Of a stretch of 64,000 nucleotides of DNA, positions 14,024-26,000 are shown one piece after another (positions within the stretch are counted from its first letter, which is position 1; the number at the start of each line of letters is the position of its first letter). Where the stretch lies: positions 2,763,765 through 2,827,764 of the forward strand of contig CAJINV010000012.1 of NCBI GenBank assembly GCA_905178155.1, in the 5' to 3' direction. Origin of the DNA: Amoebophrya sp. A120. Its lineage: Eukaryota; Protista; Dinoflagellata. The position numbers and the translations under genes were made by a program. Below the pieces are notes generated by a model. That model ran no database searches. It worked only from the letters and a program-made list of their open reading frames with translations, and had not been told where the DNA came from.

Positions 14024-14613
14024 GGGGATGAAGCCGATGCTTCTTGTAGGTAGCAATCAAACGTCGGAACAGGATCCGCGCATGATCTCTAGTACTGCGG
14101 TGACTCAGAAGCACGTGCGAGATCGCATTTAGAAAAAAAAAAACCTACCTGCGCCAGTGTCTCTCGTCTCTCTTGCTAGGCGGCGGGTGCTGCAACAGCA
14201 CCACTCCACAGCACGTGGAACTCGAACTTCCTTATTCCTCTTCCTGCTCATCAATCCCTCTCGGCCCGGGTTTTGAAAAAAAGCTGGGCTTTGAAAAAAA
14301 CCCACATCATGGCGAAAAATCGTCTCGGTGTGGCTGTTGTTCTGCCGTGCGGTCGGAGCTTCTGCCGCTTTAGTCTCTGTTGATGACTTCAATAAATTCA
14401 AAGTTGGAAACGTTTCGCAGAATGTGGCGGGAATGTGTATCCTATCAAAAAGGAAGTTTAAGTTTTTCTCTACTTACAACAACAAACTCGATGTGCATTG
14501 ATTGGTCGTATCGGGCAGGAAACAATGTATGATAGGGCTGAAATTGAACAGGTTCTCCTAACTAAACTCATTAGGTTGCCCATGATCAAACTTCATAGAT
14601 TCTCAAAATGTCC

Positions 14614-15697
14614 TCACTTCGAGCGGAAGCACGCCTTCCACCAGGAGTCCGCCTTGGAGAACAAACAGGAGCAGCGCCTGGGCGGAGCATCTGCTTGCTC
14701 CGTGTTCATTTCCGCGTCATTGTTCTCGCTTGCGCTAGCAGCTCCTGGCTCATCAGAAGCCGCTCCGTTTGCATTTCCCGCGGAGGTGGTGGATTTCTTG
14801 CCCTTATCCCCCTCCAGTATCTCGAGTGCGAAGCTCGCCAATGCGTCCGCGGTTTCGTCTGCATCATACCCCGCGGCACTGCTTGTCTGCCGCGCCATGA
14901 TCGGCAGGGAGCTGACGCGGCGCACGGACAACGGATCTATTTCCCCTACTTCTGCTGAAGAAGCTCCATGGTGCAGCGTTGCCGACCGGCCGACGGGTAA
15001 TTGCGGCTCCTCGTCGCTCAAGTCGATGTCAATTTCGGAAAGCCCGCCGTCATTCAACTCGCCGGGGGGTGATCGGGTTTCCGAATTTTTAATGATATGC
15101 TGGCCCACTACATTTTCCAAACCGACCGCTCCGCATAAGGCACCCGGGACGAGTATTTTTGCGTCCACATGATCTTGCTGGCCTCTGCAGTTGCTCCCAC
15201 GACTCGTGGTTGTGTCGACGGCGAACAAGGCGGGAAACGGGGTATGTTCGAAAGTGGACGGGGAGGAGGACTGGGAGAGGGCGTTTAATCTTTCCGGATC
15301 CGGAACTATCAGGTTCTTTTTCTCCAGGTTCTCGTACGGCTGCTGCAATGGTGGGGTAGTTATGGATTGCAAAAGTATCGCACTCGTATAACTATAAATA
15401 CAAATTTCCTCAGCATGAGAAATAAAATTTGTAATGCTGATTTAGATTAAGGAGAAGATTTGTAATGCATGACTGCAATACGAGTACGATACTTTTGCAC
15501 AGGATAGTAGTAGTTTGCTGTGGACCAGCAGAAGTGGTATCAGCATCAGTCCCCTGTTGTACTGCTTTTATTTTCGTGCTGACCTGCAGTTTCCTGTTGA
15601 ACTGATACGCAGAGGCGACTGCTGGAAACAATATGGTGCTGGAGGCAAGAAGAGCAACGGCGCGCATGGAAGCAGGACGCCGCGGGCTCGTCTTCAT
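14614..15697 (-). CDS. Hypothetical secreted protein, 2 exons
   Basis: Signal-peptide-like MRAVALLASSTILFPAVASA; frame restored across introner 15361-15506 (QTTT|PPLQ). Confidence 0.7.
15361..15506. mobile_element. Introner, family B
   Basis: TSD GTAGT. Confidence 0.9.
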
Positions 15698-16022
15698 TTT
15701 GATGTTCTTAGTGGCCGGATGACTCCTGCTCGGATTTTGAAACCTCAATCCTCGGGCCTAGAATTCCACAACTGATGTGACTAACTTGCAAGTGACTACT
15801 TCTATTTGCGATTGCGATTCGGATCTTTCATATTTAGCATGATTTGCTGTTGCTTGTAGTTCTGAATATCACGTGATCTATTTATTTTCAGTGCTTCACG
15901 GATCATGATCAGCTGGAAGTAGAATGAGAATCACGTGTGGCACAACAGGAGTAGGTAATCACAGTGTGTTCTCTGAGGCATCATCGCTGGAACAGACACT
16001 GCGCACGCAGGTGAATCTGGTG

Positions 16023-18530
16023 TAAATCCATCTCCAATCCTGCTACACAAACACACCTAGCAGTTGTAGTGCGCGTGAAGTACACCTGGACATGCGGGTG
16101 CAACAGGTCGTTGCAGTCGCGGCCCGCACGTGCGGTGCAGAGGGAGGAGGGGGGGAGGGCGTGCCACACCACACCGTGGTGGAGGAGCACGCCGGTACCA
16201 CGGAAGGCACGAGAGAAGGACGGGGAGCGCTACGCGCACCCCCCGGGAGGACGTCAGGATCACAGGCGCACGAGCGGTGCGCTGGATCCACGACGCCACC
16301 CGCGCCGCACGTGGATGTGCGGGCGGGAGGCCCGTAGCGCCCGACCTTCACCTACGAGGTCGCACGACGCACGGGCCTATGCACTCACACAACCCGATCT
16401 GGACCAGACGGGGAGGTGCGAGGCGGCGGGGGCGCGGCGGCTGCCAGAGCAGCGCCCCCTAGGCATGAAGTGTGAGTGCCGACACCGACGCGTGCGCAGG
16501 TCATCTTGCCTGCGCACCGGTGGAGCATAACACACACGCCTTGCGGTGTCCAACCGCACGCTGCTCGGTCCCCCTTGGGGGAGCTGGCAGCGTAAGAACG
16601 CGTGCTGCAGAGGCAGCACTGGGTGCGAAGGGGTGCTCGCGCACCACAATCGCGTGTCGTGAGGGACACATGGTCGCAACAACGCGACGGTGCTGCGTGA
16701 GGTGCAGCGCTGCGTGAGGTGCAGCGTGGCGCGAAGACGCAGCCACAGTGCCGATGGGCACAGGTTCATCGCGGATGAACCGATGGTGTACCAAGAGGTG
16801 GTAACTTTGTCATCCAGGACAAGAGAAGTTGACCTCTCCCCCGAGGTGGGACGGTCGTTTTGTACCCGAGACCCACCCCCAGTCGCACAGCGAAAGGAAG
16901 CAGGGTCGAGCACAAACGACCGGTGGCGAAGGCCACGAAGAGGCGGTGACAGGTTGCCAGACAGGCAGCTGTCGCCGCGTGAGGGTCGAAACCGACACGA
17001 CAACGAGTGCGGCTGAGCCACACAGTATGTCCAACCAATTCGTCGAGACCGCTTGCGCGCGTAAACATCCATCAGACCAAACAGCATGGGCGGCACCTCA
17101 GTCTAGTTACCCAGTCCTAAATCCATCTCCAATCCTGCTACACAAACACACCTAGCAGTTGTAGTGCGCGTGAAGTACTCTACGTCGCGTAATAAGCGGC
17201 CCTCAAATAAGGTCAGAGGTCACGAGACAACATTTGACGCCCGGACGCTTGACGACAGAGCCTGACGCGCGTGACGTCGTATGGGCTAAGCACTAATCGA
17301 ACCGAAACCATGCCGCGCGGAGCACAAAGAATTTGCCAGGCAGACTAGCCTCTGCCTGCACTGTAAAGACCCTTGCATGCTAACCCCAATGCCGGCGACA
17401 CAGAAGCATCGGGGGGCTATCTGACCTCTGCGTTTCTAAAAAGGGAGCTAGCGCGGTTCTTTCGCAAAAATTCCGAGGGGCTAACCGCCCTTTGCATTGA
17501 TTTTGTACAGGAAATCTAGCCCGGTCCTGGGACAAAAATTTCGGGTGGCTAACCTCCCTTTGCATTTCAAAAAGGGAGGCTAGCCCGGTCCCTGGGCAAA
17601 GTTTTCGAGTAGCTAACCTCCCTTTGCATTTCAAAAAGGGAGGCTAGCCCGGTCCCTGGGCAAAGTTTTCGAGGGGCTAACCTCCCTTTGCATTTCAAAA
17701 AGAGAGGCTAGCCCGGTCCCTGGGCAAAACTTTCGGGTAGCTAACCTTCCTTTGCATTTCAAAAAGGGGAGTTAGCTTCTGCCCAAAAATTTCAGTGGGC
17801 TAACCTAGGTTTGCATTTCAAAAACCTAGGTTAGGAAAAATGAATTCGCGCACTTTTCCTAACCAAGGTTTTCATTTTGAAAAGGGCGGTCAGGAAAAAT
17901 TTCAATGGGCTAACCTCTGTTTGCATTTCAAAAAGGGAGGTTAGGAAAAATGAATTCGCGCACTTTTCCTAACCAAGGTTTTCATTTTGAAAAGGGCGGT
18001 CAGGAAAAATTTCAATGGGCTAACCTCTGTTTGCATTTCAAAAAGGGAGGTTAGGAAAAATGAATTCGCGCACTTTTCCTAACCAAGGTTTTCATTTTGA
18101 AAAGGGCGGTCAGGAAAAATTTCAATGGGCTAACCTCTGTTTGCATTTCAAAAAGGGAGGTTAGGAAAAATGAATTCGCGCACTTTTGCTAACCGCCCTT
18201 TTCAAAATGAAAAAGGCGGGTAGGAAAAAAAATCCGGCCGCTTTCCCAGGTTCAGCCTGGAAAAGCGGCACATTTTTTTTTCCTCGCCGCCCTTTTCATT
18301 TTGAAAAGGGTGGTTGGGAAAAAGGCGGCAATTCATTTTTCCTAACCTCCCTTTTTCGAGTCTCGTTCTCGTGCCCAAGCCACGGCTGCCCATTACCTGA
18401 AAAAGTATTGAGGTTGTGAGAATTTAAATGGTGGCTTTCTAGCAGCCAGACTGTGCAAGTTGCGGCAGATGCACTATCACAAGTTTCAAACAAACACACC
18501 TAGCAGTTGTAGTGCGCGTGAAGTACACCT
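16023..18530 (+). repeat. Three direct copies of a 41-61 bp sequence (16023-16083, 17118-17178, 18490-18530)
   Basis: Core ACAAACACACCTAGCAGTTGTAGTGCGCGTGAAGTAC is identical in all three. Confidence 0.9.
17440..18360. repeat. Compound tandem array: ~5 x 64-bp units, then ~4 x 110-bp units, then an inverted partial copy
   Basis: TAGCCCGGTC at 17517/17581/17645/17709; TTAGGAAAAATGAATTCGCG at 17831/17941/18051/18161. Confidence 0.9.
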
Positions 18531-18789
18531 TCGGTTCTTCTACTTCTCGCGAGTCACTGTCCTATGTATCACATTGGCCGGTGTGGATTCTTCAAAAAAG
18601 TTTGGTGGTGGAAGGCGTTGCTACTTTACAAGAAGCTAGCACGACACATTCATCATGATGCTGCCATGCTTTCTTTCTTTTTGTGAAAAAAGTGAGGACA
18701 CTAAACCAGCTTCTAGCCTTAATCTCGTCCGGAGGTGGTGTACTTCTGTCTATCCAAAAACTTCTCATCAGCATTTCACTAGTTTTTCA

Positions 18790-20875
18790 TCACAGCGCAA
18801 AGTCCCTCTCCCGGGCCGAGTTCGTTCTTGCGGCGCCCGTGCTCGGGGAATAGCCCACGCCCGATTTGGCGTAGCTGCTGCGGTTGTTTGCGTCGCCGAA
18901 GAGCCGCTTGCGGAAAATGAACAGAAGCCCGGCGACGAAGCAGAGCGTATTGAAAGGAAACATCCCCCGTCCCCATATCGTATACGAAACCTGTGATGCT
19001 GTATTTGAGTACACAAATCGATTTATATTGCTAGAAGGCCAAGAGCCGCAGCTGTGGCCTCGTTTGCAGGCAATCTGTGATGCCGTGTCCCACCTCCAGC
19101 TGCCTCCTGTGCTGCTGAAGTAGACGCAAGGCTTTCCTACGCCACCCAGAACTTCAGTCCGCATCTTTTCCCTTCTAGCATGACAAAGCTGAATTTGTGA
19201 CCACAAATCAGCATCACAAGTTTCCTTGTCGATATGGGAAGGGGAGATTTTTCCTCACAATAGAGCGCGAGCAGCGACCACAGGGACGGGATCCAGGAGT
19301 TGCTAGTGGACGTTTGTTCTTTTTTCGCGTCCGCCGGGGCAATGTTGCCACTTTCCATCGCAGGCTGCAGGCTTATCCAGGCGAAAACCTCGTCCCGATG
19401 TGGCTACAACTGTGTTTTGACTAGGAGATTAAAGATCACGAACATTTTTGATGTAGCCGCGAATTTTTGTCATGCCATGGCGCAGCAAGTGCGCCGGAGA
19501 GATTTGTGTACTATCTTTTTCATTTGCGTATCGTCCATATGGTCAAGTGGCATGTAAATTTCCTGGATAAAACTGGGGGGGCTCGCTTTTGGCACTGGTA
19601 TCCCAGAGAAAAAAGCTGGCAGGGTACATTTGTAATGCAAAAATAAATACACAGAAAAATTTGTCATGGGCGGGCCCATAGCATGCTGATTAGGATACGC
19701 AATGCAGATTTTTTTTTGTGTATTTAGTTTTGCATTACAAATGTGACCTGCCTGCTTTTTTCTGTGTGATAACCGGAGCCGCACTAACAGAGGCTATCAA
19801 GTCTGACAACGGCTCCCAGTCACCGCTAGTTAAGTATTTGCATGGCCCCACGAGCACCCAGTATGTAGGACCGACTGGAAAAAGAAATCTACTCCTGCAT
19901 AAATTTCCAAACTTTAATTCGCAGGGAGGCGCTAGAACTTGTCATACAAAATGCAGAGCTGTGGTGCTGGTGCCCTTGATCATAAGCACATCTTGGGAGT
20001 TTTTGTCACCTGTGATAGTGCCGCTGCCCAGCTGGATGGACGCGCTTTCCAAGTGAGACAGTAAGGGAAACTTGTCGTCCAGGTATCTCTGTTGTGAAAA
20101 TCAAAATTCATTCAAAAACTGTTCTATCTGTCATGCAGCACGTAATGCATCATAGCATTAGCATGATCGAACAAAAGCATCCACACTACGAAAACCAAAA
20201 CATCAAATCGTATTATAGAAAAATAACATCATGTGTACGAAAACAAAATACGTTTCCCTGCGTCTGGACCAGATCCTGTCGGGGACCGTCGCCGCTTGGT
20301 GCGCCCTCCCCGTATTCCGAATACAATTTGTCCACGTGCTCCATGCCCTCGATGACTTCGCCCACCGGGGCAAATCCCTGGGAGTCGAGAAACGTGTTGT
20401 CGACCAAATTGATGAACAGCTGCGTGGTCCGGTGTTTCCGGCCGTCCATGGCGAAGGTCAGATAGCCCCGCTGGTTCGATTTTTTCACGTCTTCGATGGG
20501 TAACGCCGGCTTGGCCTGCCACTCCGCGCTGACCGCCGGGTCGCCGGAGATCCCAAACTGGGTCATGAAGCCGCGGATGGTCCGGAAAAATCGTAGGTCC
20601 TTGAAGTAGTCCGCGGTGGTCATGTCGATGAGGCGCTGGAACCCGGCCGGGGACCACTCCTTGTGCAGCTTGATCTTGATCGTCTTCGGCTGTTTATCAT
20701 CCACGGCTTGGTCCACCAAGTGGTTGACCTTCAACTCCCATATCGCGGTGTTTTCGTCCTCTGCTTTGGCGGTGACGAGAAGTAGAGAGGGAAAATTCGT
20801 GAAGCAGGAGGACAGCGGCCCGAGCGCCGCGAGGAGGGCGGCGCGAGTTCGAGTTCTCGAGGAGGTCAAACGCAT
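18790..20875 (-). CDS. Cyclophilin-type peptidyl-prolyl isomerase with signal peptide and probable C-terminal TM anchor
   Basis: YFKDLRFFRTIRGFMTQFG, SNQRGYLTFAM, RTTQLFINLVDNTFLDSQGFAPVGEVIEGMEHVDKLY, QGN|RYLDDKFPLL. Linking the downstream exons (to SWIPSLWSLLAL|CFVAGLLFIFRKR..DFAL*) is inferred; the alternative is a stop at 19942. Confidence 0.8.
18948..19262. mobile_element. Introner, family D-like
   Basis: ~50-bp imperfect TIR TATTG..GGAAA..CCCATATCG..GAAACYTGTGATGCTG; TSD GAGCG. Confidence 0.88.
19599..19771. mobile_element. Introner, family F-like
   Basis: TIR TATC...AGAAAAAAGC.GGCAGG; TSD ACTGG/ACCGG. Confidence 0.85.
20089..20251 (-). other. Canonical GT-AG intron (cyclophilin)
   Basis: AAC|GTATT ... 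AACAG|AGA joins QGN|RYL. Confidence 0.8.
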
Positions 20876-23067
20876 TTTCGTTTCTGAGATTCGGACTTCG
20901 CACCGGGTTCCAATACACAAATAGACGTTAAACTTGATGACGCAGCCCTTGTTATTAAATAAGTTTTTCCCCGGACTTGCAAGACCATTGATTAATAGGA
21001 GCGGGAGAGGCGGAGCGCTCTCAAATACGCTCTTGCCCCTTTTCCTTTGAACAAAAGACAAACAGATCACTGAAGGGCAACACTCTCTACCAACCTACTA
21101 AGCCCTCGCAATTTGCATCAAATAGATCTACAGAAAAACCAACGACACACCATCCACGGCGTTGCAGAGCAGCCTCATAAGTGGTGCAATGGGTGACCCA
21201 CCGCGGGCCGGTGCGGCCTCACCGGGGCGTGCCGGAATCGTCGCCATCCAACGAACACAGGCAGGCCGGCCGCGCCAACGCAACCGGCCACAGTGGGGCC
21301 TAGGGCCCGCGCGCCAAGGACCGGGGCGCCGCCGTCCGACCGAATGAATAGCTAGCCAAGGCCGGGCCCGGCGCACGCTTCGAGGGGGGGCCCATAGGTC
21401 GGTGGCCGGGCCCGAGGCCGGGCCCATTTGGTCAGGGGCGGGCCGGCCATTCAAAAAAAAAAGCGCCTTGCTGGCCTTTCTCCTCCCCCAAGCAAACAAA
21501 AAAGGCCAAACCGACCGGCCCCCGGGGGGCCCGGCCTTTCTATTTTTTCCCCGCGCCGCGCGCCTTGTGCTACCGGATCGATCGCCATAGCGCTCCGGCG
21601 TTCGTTCCTATGCTTGTTGTAGCGAACGACGCATCCCTGGATTGATCCTCGAAGCCAGACGAACGCGGGCCGCTCCATATCCCGGGAGTTCTTGTCCTTG
21701 TCCAGGTCCGGCGGGCGAAGGTGCGCGCGGCCGCCCAGGCCCGGCGCCCAAGATTCGCCCCCGGCCCCTGGGCAGTCCTGGACCGCTGCGGCCAAACTAC
21801 ATGCATCCGGGTAGACCCTGGGGGCCTCCGTCCCCGGCCCCCCGCGAGGCGGCGAGGCGGCAGGGCCGCTCCTTCCAAGCGGCCCGGCGGCAGCCTCCCT
21901 CACAAGGAGCGCCGGCCCTGGGGCGAGCTCACGGGGAGGCCCGACCGCGCTCCGTACCGGCTCCGCTCTCCACGCGGAGTTCTTCTCCGGTGCTTTTCCG
22001 CTTCACCAGCTCCACCGAGACACGATAGAGGGCCTCCCCGGCCCTAAACGGTCACGCCCCCCGCCGCACACTCTACGCCGGCACATCGAGAACCGGGGGG
22101 CCCGCGCCTGCCTCCTGCCTACGTTGGCTATTCGTTTGCATTCCTCAACTGTGTCAAGCACATCAATAAACTTATTGTTCTCCTTCGCTCGGGGGCAGCT
22201 CTGGAAGCAACTCGAGGCGTCCAGGTTCGGCGCCAGTTGTCAGATTTCTGCTCTCCCTTTTGAAGAGCTCAAACTAAGGCTCCTCGTAACAGACCGCCCG
22301 CCCTCAGAGAGTCCAGGCCACTTCGCACTACCTGGAACACGCAATTTTCCCCGGTCCAGCAGGGTGAAATTATGATTGGACAAACCTTGCCGAGACATCA
22401 CTTTAGACAATTTTTCTTTGTCGACTTTTCCCACAGAGAAGGCAAAAGATGAAACTTGAGGTCTTTCTATTTCACTCTTAGGATACAACGAGAAGAAATG
22501 AAGATGAGCAAGATATTGGACAAGTATTTTTACTTTAAGGTTTGACAGATAACGAAACCAATACCAATGAGCACTCACAGGTTGCAGCAGAAGGCCATTG
22601 GCATGTAGACACGGGCGAAGCGTAGAAACCCGGCGCCTTTCCAAAATGAGTCCAAGCAAAAGAAACTACCAAAGATAGCATAGCAATACAGTATGAAAGC
22701 AAGTAGAACTAGTAATCCTCCATCTCCAATCAAATTTTGTACAAATCAGAGCCCAGGATTTTCTTTTTCAAACCAAAAAGTGAGTTTTCGTATCCGTATA
22801 TCATCTTTATCTGTTTGCAGCATCGTCGCAGCACTGGCTTCCTGATACGCTTTTGTCTCCAGTTTTTGTTATTAATGAGCGTGATTATCGTAGTGAACGC
22901 AAGTTGACAAGATAATTTCAAAATAAGTAGTGTTAAAGTAAGAACCAATATACAGCGCAGCGACAGCAGTGTCGCTCGCCGTTCGAAAAAAAAAACAGCT
23001 AGAAATATTTTCTATCACAACCGTGACTTTGCGGCTACCCGCAAGTCCAAGTCTTCTTTCTACCTAC

Positions 23068-26000
23068 TTACGTAAACAGCACATCCCCCACGTAGATCGG
23101 CGCCGCCTCGCTATCGCTGCGCCAACACAGTTTTTCCGTCTCTCCAAACTCCCCCGGTTTATCAGTCCACTCAATCACGAATTGTTGCTCCGCGAGTTGT
23201 GTGGTCGCGAGTGGGACAAAATTTGTGCAGGTCCCGTTCCGGACGAAGCCTAATTCCGAACTGCTTTGCCCGAGATGAGACACGGTTGTACTGCCGCTTT
23301 GTACAACACCGTTACCATCACTGTAACCGAAAAACCCAGAAATTTCTACCGTGCAGTTTGTTTGTTCAAAATCGTTTGTGGTATTCGTCGTCGCTACGGT
23401 CGCGTTCGTATTTTCATCCACTGTGGTACTACTATTCGAGCCATCTGTTGTGCTGTTCGCCATTCCTAGATCCTCAGCTGTCCCGTTTTTCACCCTGCAA
23501 ACTTTCCGATACATCGTCCCCAGCAGCCAGTTCTTCAATTCCTCGTACTGAATACACTCCTCCCGGTGCAAACAAACCTTCTCACCAACAAATACCTGTG
23601 GCTTGTACTGGGTCAATTTCGGATCCGACAACTGGATGTTCCGCAGCGTTTCCTCATTCGGCAGGGCGCGCGACGAGTTGGCGAAGAAGGAGGCATTGAT
23701 GCTGTTTCTGCTCCCGTATTCCTGTAAATCTATCGGCATGTTCGTCTGCGTTTGTTGGAACCAGTATTGGTCCAGGGATTGCAAGAGTTGCCTTTGGGTT
23801 AAAAGTTGAGATTTCTCCAGTTCTAATGAGGACAATCCGCCGTCAAAAGTGTTCACAATTGTTGAGGTGACAGCTGGTACAGCTGCCGTGCCAGAGTTAA
23901 CCGGGTAGTAGTCCTGCACGGGATTTGGGTAGGGGAGTAAGTGCTGCAACAACGGCGGCCCGTTCTTGTTTTTATCCTCTAACTGCTCCAAACTCGGTCC
24001 ATCCGTCGCCGTCGTCGGTCCGCCGTACCGGAGCCCCAACCGCGCCGACAGAGCGGTAATCAAACTGTTCACCGGCTGGATCTCGGATTGCTTCAAATTC
24101 GTTTCTTTCCTGAACGGGTACGGACCGACGATCTTCAGTTCGTTAACGAGAACATGCGGGCCGAAACAAACTTCATACGCGAAAGAGTCCGTCGGGTCGA
24201 AAAGGTCGTAGTTGGATAGGAGTTCTCGCGGTATTTCGTAGGTAATTTTCGAGGCGAAGAAATTCCTGAACGGGCCGGTGAGAAGAGCCGCCTTCGCTGC
24301 GAGGGCTTATGGCGTTCTCACCTGTTACATTCTCAACTGTTACATGAATTTGTGATGCAAGAATGGCAAAAGTCAAAGGGGTGACCTTGCGCGTCTAGCA
24401 TGACAGATTTGCCACAGATTCTCAGCCTGTTTGGCTCTTCGAGAATTTGTCATGCGGAGCAGCTTGATCGTATCAGTTCTATATTGTGATTTTGCATGAC
24501 ATCAAATCATGTAACAGTTGAGAATGTAACGTTTGAGAACGCCATAGGGCTGTGGAGTTCGTTCTCGTTGGGGATGCGATTTCATCGTCTAATAGGCTCG
24601 TAACTGCGAGAGTAGAGGCCGGCGATGCGGTGCTGTTGGCGGATGAATTGGTTCCATTAATTCCCCCCGCTCCAGTTCCTCCTCCGCCGTTCATACTCAC
24701 CAGCTCCTTGATTGCCAGCTGCAACACCAAGTTCTTCACGCTCAATGCGCTGCAGTGGATCAAGGGCTTCAAAGTTTTGTCCGCCAGTTGCTTTTTGTAG
24801 ATCCGCAATTGAAACGGCCGGCTCATCGCCCCGGACAACTCTATCGAACACGCTTTTCCCATAACGCAGAAATACGGCCCTAAATCCGTCCTTGGTCCCT
24901 GGAAACGCACTTTCCCGATCTCCATGATTGTGCGGTGCGAGTAGAAGATCTTTGGTGGGGGTTTCGATATGGCAGCGGGGTCTAATACTCCTGTTCCTGC
25001 GACCAACGCTGTAGAAGTTCTGGAACTGCTGCTTCCGGTCAGACTGCTTGCGTTCGTTGCATTGGAAGACGCGTTTGTCGAATTCGAATCGTCGAAGTCG
25101 TCAGCATCAGCTGCTACGGCGCTAGAAGAAGAGGTTCCTCCTGCTACTACGTCCGTGTCGTTTCCCGTAGAATTCACATCCAACGCGGCACTACCTCCGC
25201 CAGCAGCGGCGGAAGCTGAAATCAGCTTCATCTTCTCATCCACCAAGTCAGCAACAACAGCGCTATCAGCCATGTCGTCCTGACTCTCCATCACCGTATT
25301 TTCCGTGATCCAACAAAGAGAAAACAATTGGTTCACATCCGCCCGTGAAATGATCCCAAAGTTCGCCCGTAGTTTCAAAACATCATTCAACCGGTTCGCG
25401 ACGACTCTGGTCAGGAAATAGTTGCTCGGTAATCTAGACTCCATGTCCAAAGTCCGCTGCCGCTCCTCCTCCGAGTTATGGCGTTCTCAACTGTTACATT
25501 CTCAGCTGTTACATGGATTTGTGATGCAAGAATGGGAAAAGTGAAAGGGGGGAGGTTGCATCTGTAGCATTACAAATTCCGAACAGATTTGGGTTCTGTT
25601 TAGCCATTCGCAAATTTGTCATGCGAAGCAGCTTGATCGTGTGGATCAGATCTTGATGATCATTTTGCATGACAAATCATGTAACAGTTGAGAATGTAAC
25701 GTTTGAGAACACCATACGAGTCGAAATTTCGGTACGTCACGTCGCTGTCCGCGAGATACAGTTCCCGTAACACCCCGATCGGCTTCAGGTGGTATCGCCA
25801 GAAAAAACTGTTTCACTGTAAACTTGTAATGCAGAAAATGTATCTCACAAGTGTTTGTCTTGCTACACATGCAAGACAGTGGACTTTTAGCTGTGTTTTC
25901 CCTTAGGAGCCTTGCATGGCAAATTTTTTCTGTCATGTAGAACAAACTTGTGATGCAAAACCTGCAAAATCCTCACAGTGAAACACTTTTTTCGTACGAT

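Noticed and set aside
16023-18530. CRISPR-like repeat/spacer reading of the triple repeat or tandem arrays
   Set aside because: Spacers are over 1 kb or not unique, there are no cas genes, and the context is eukaryotic.
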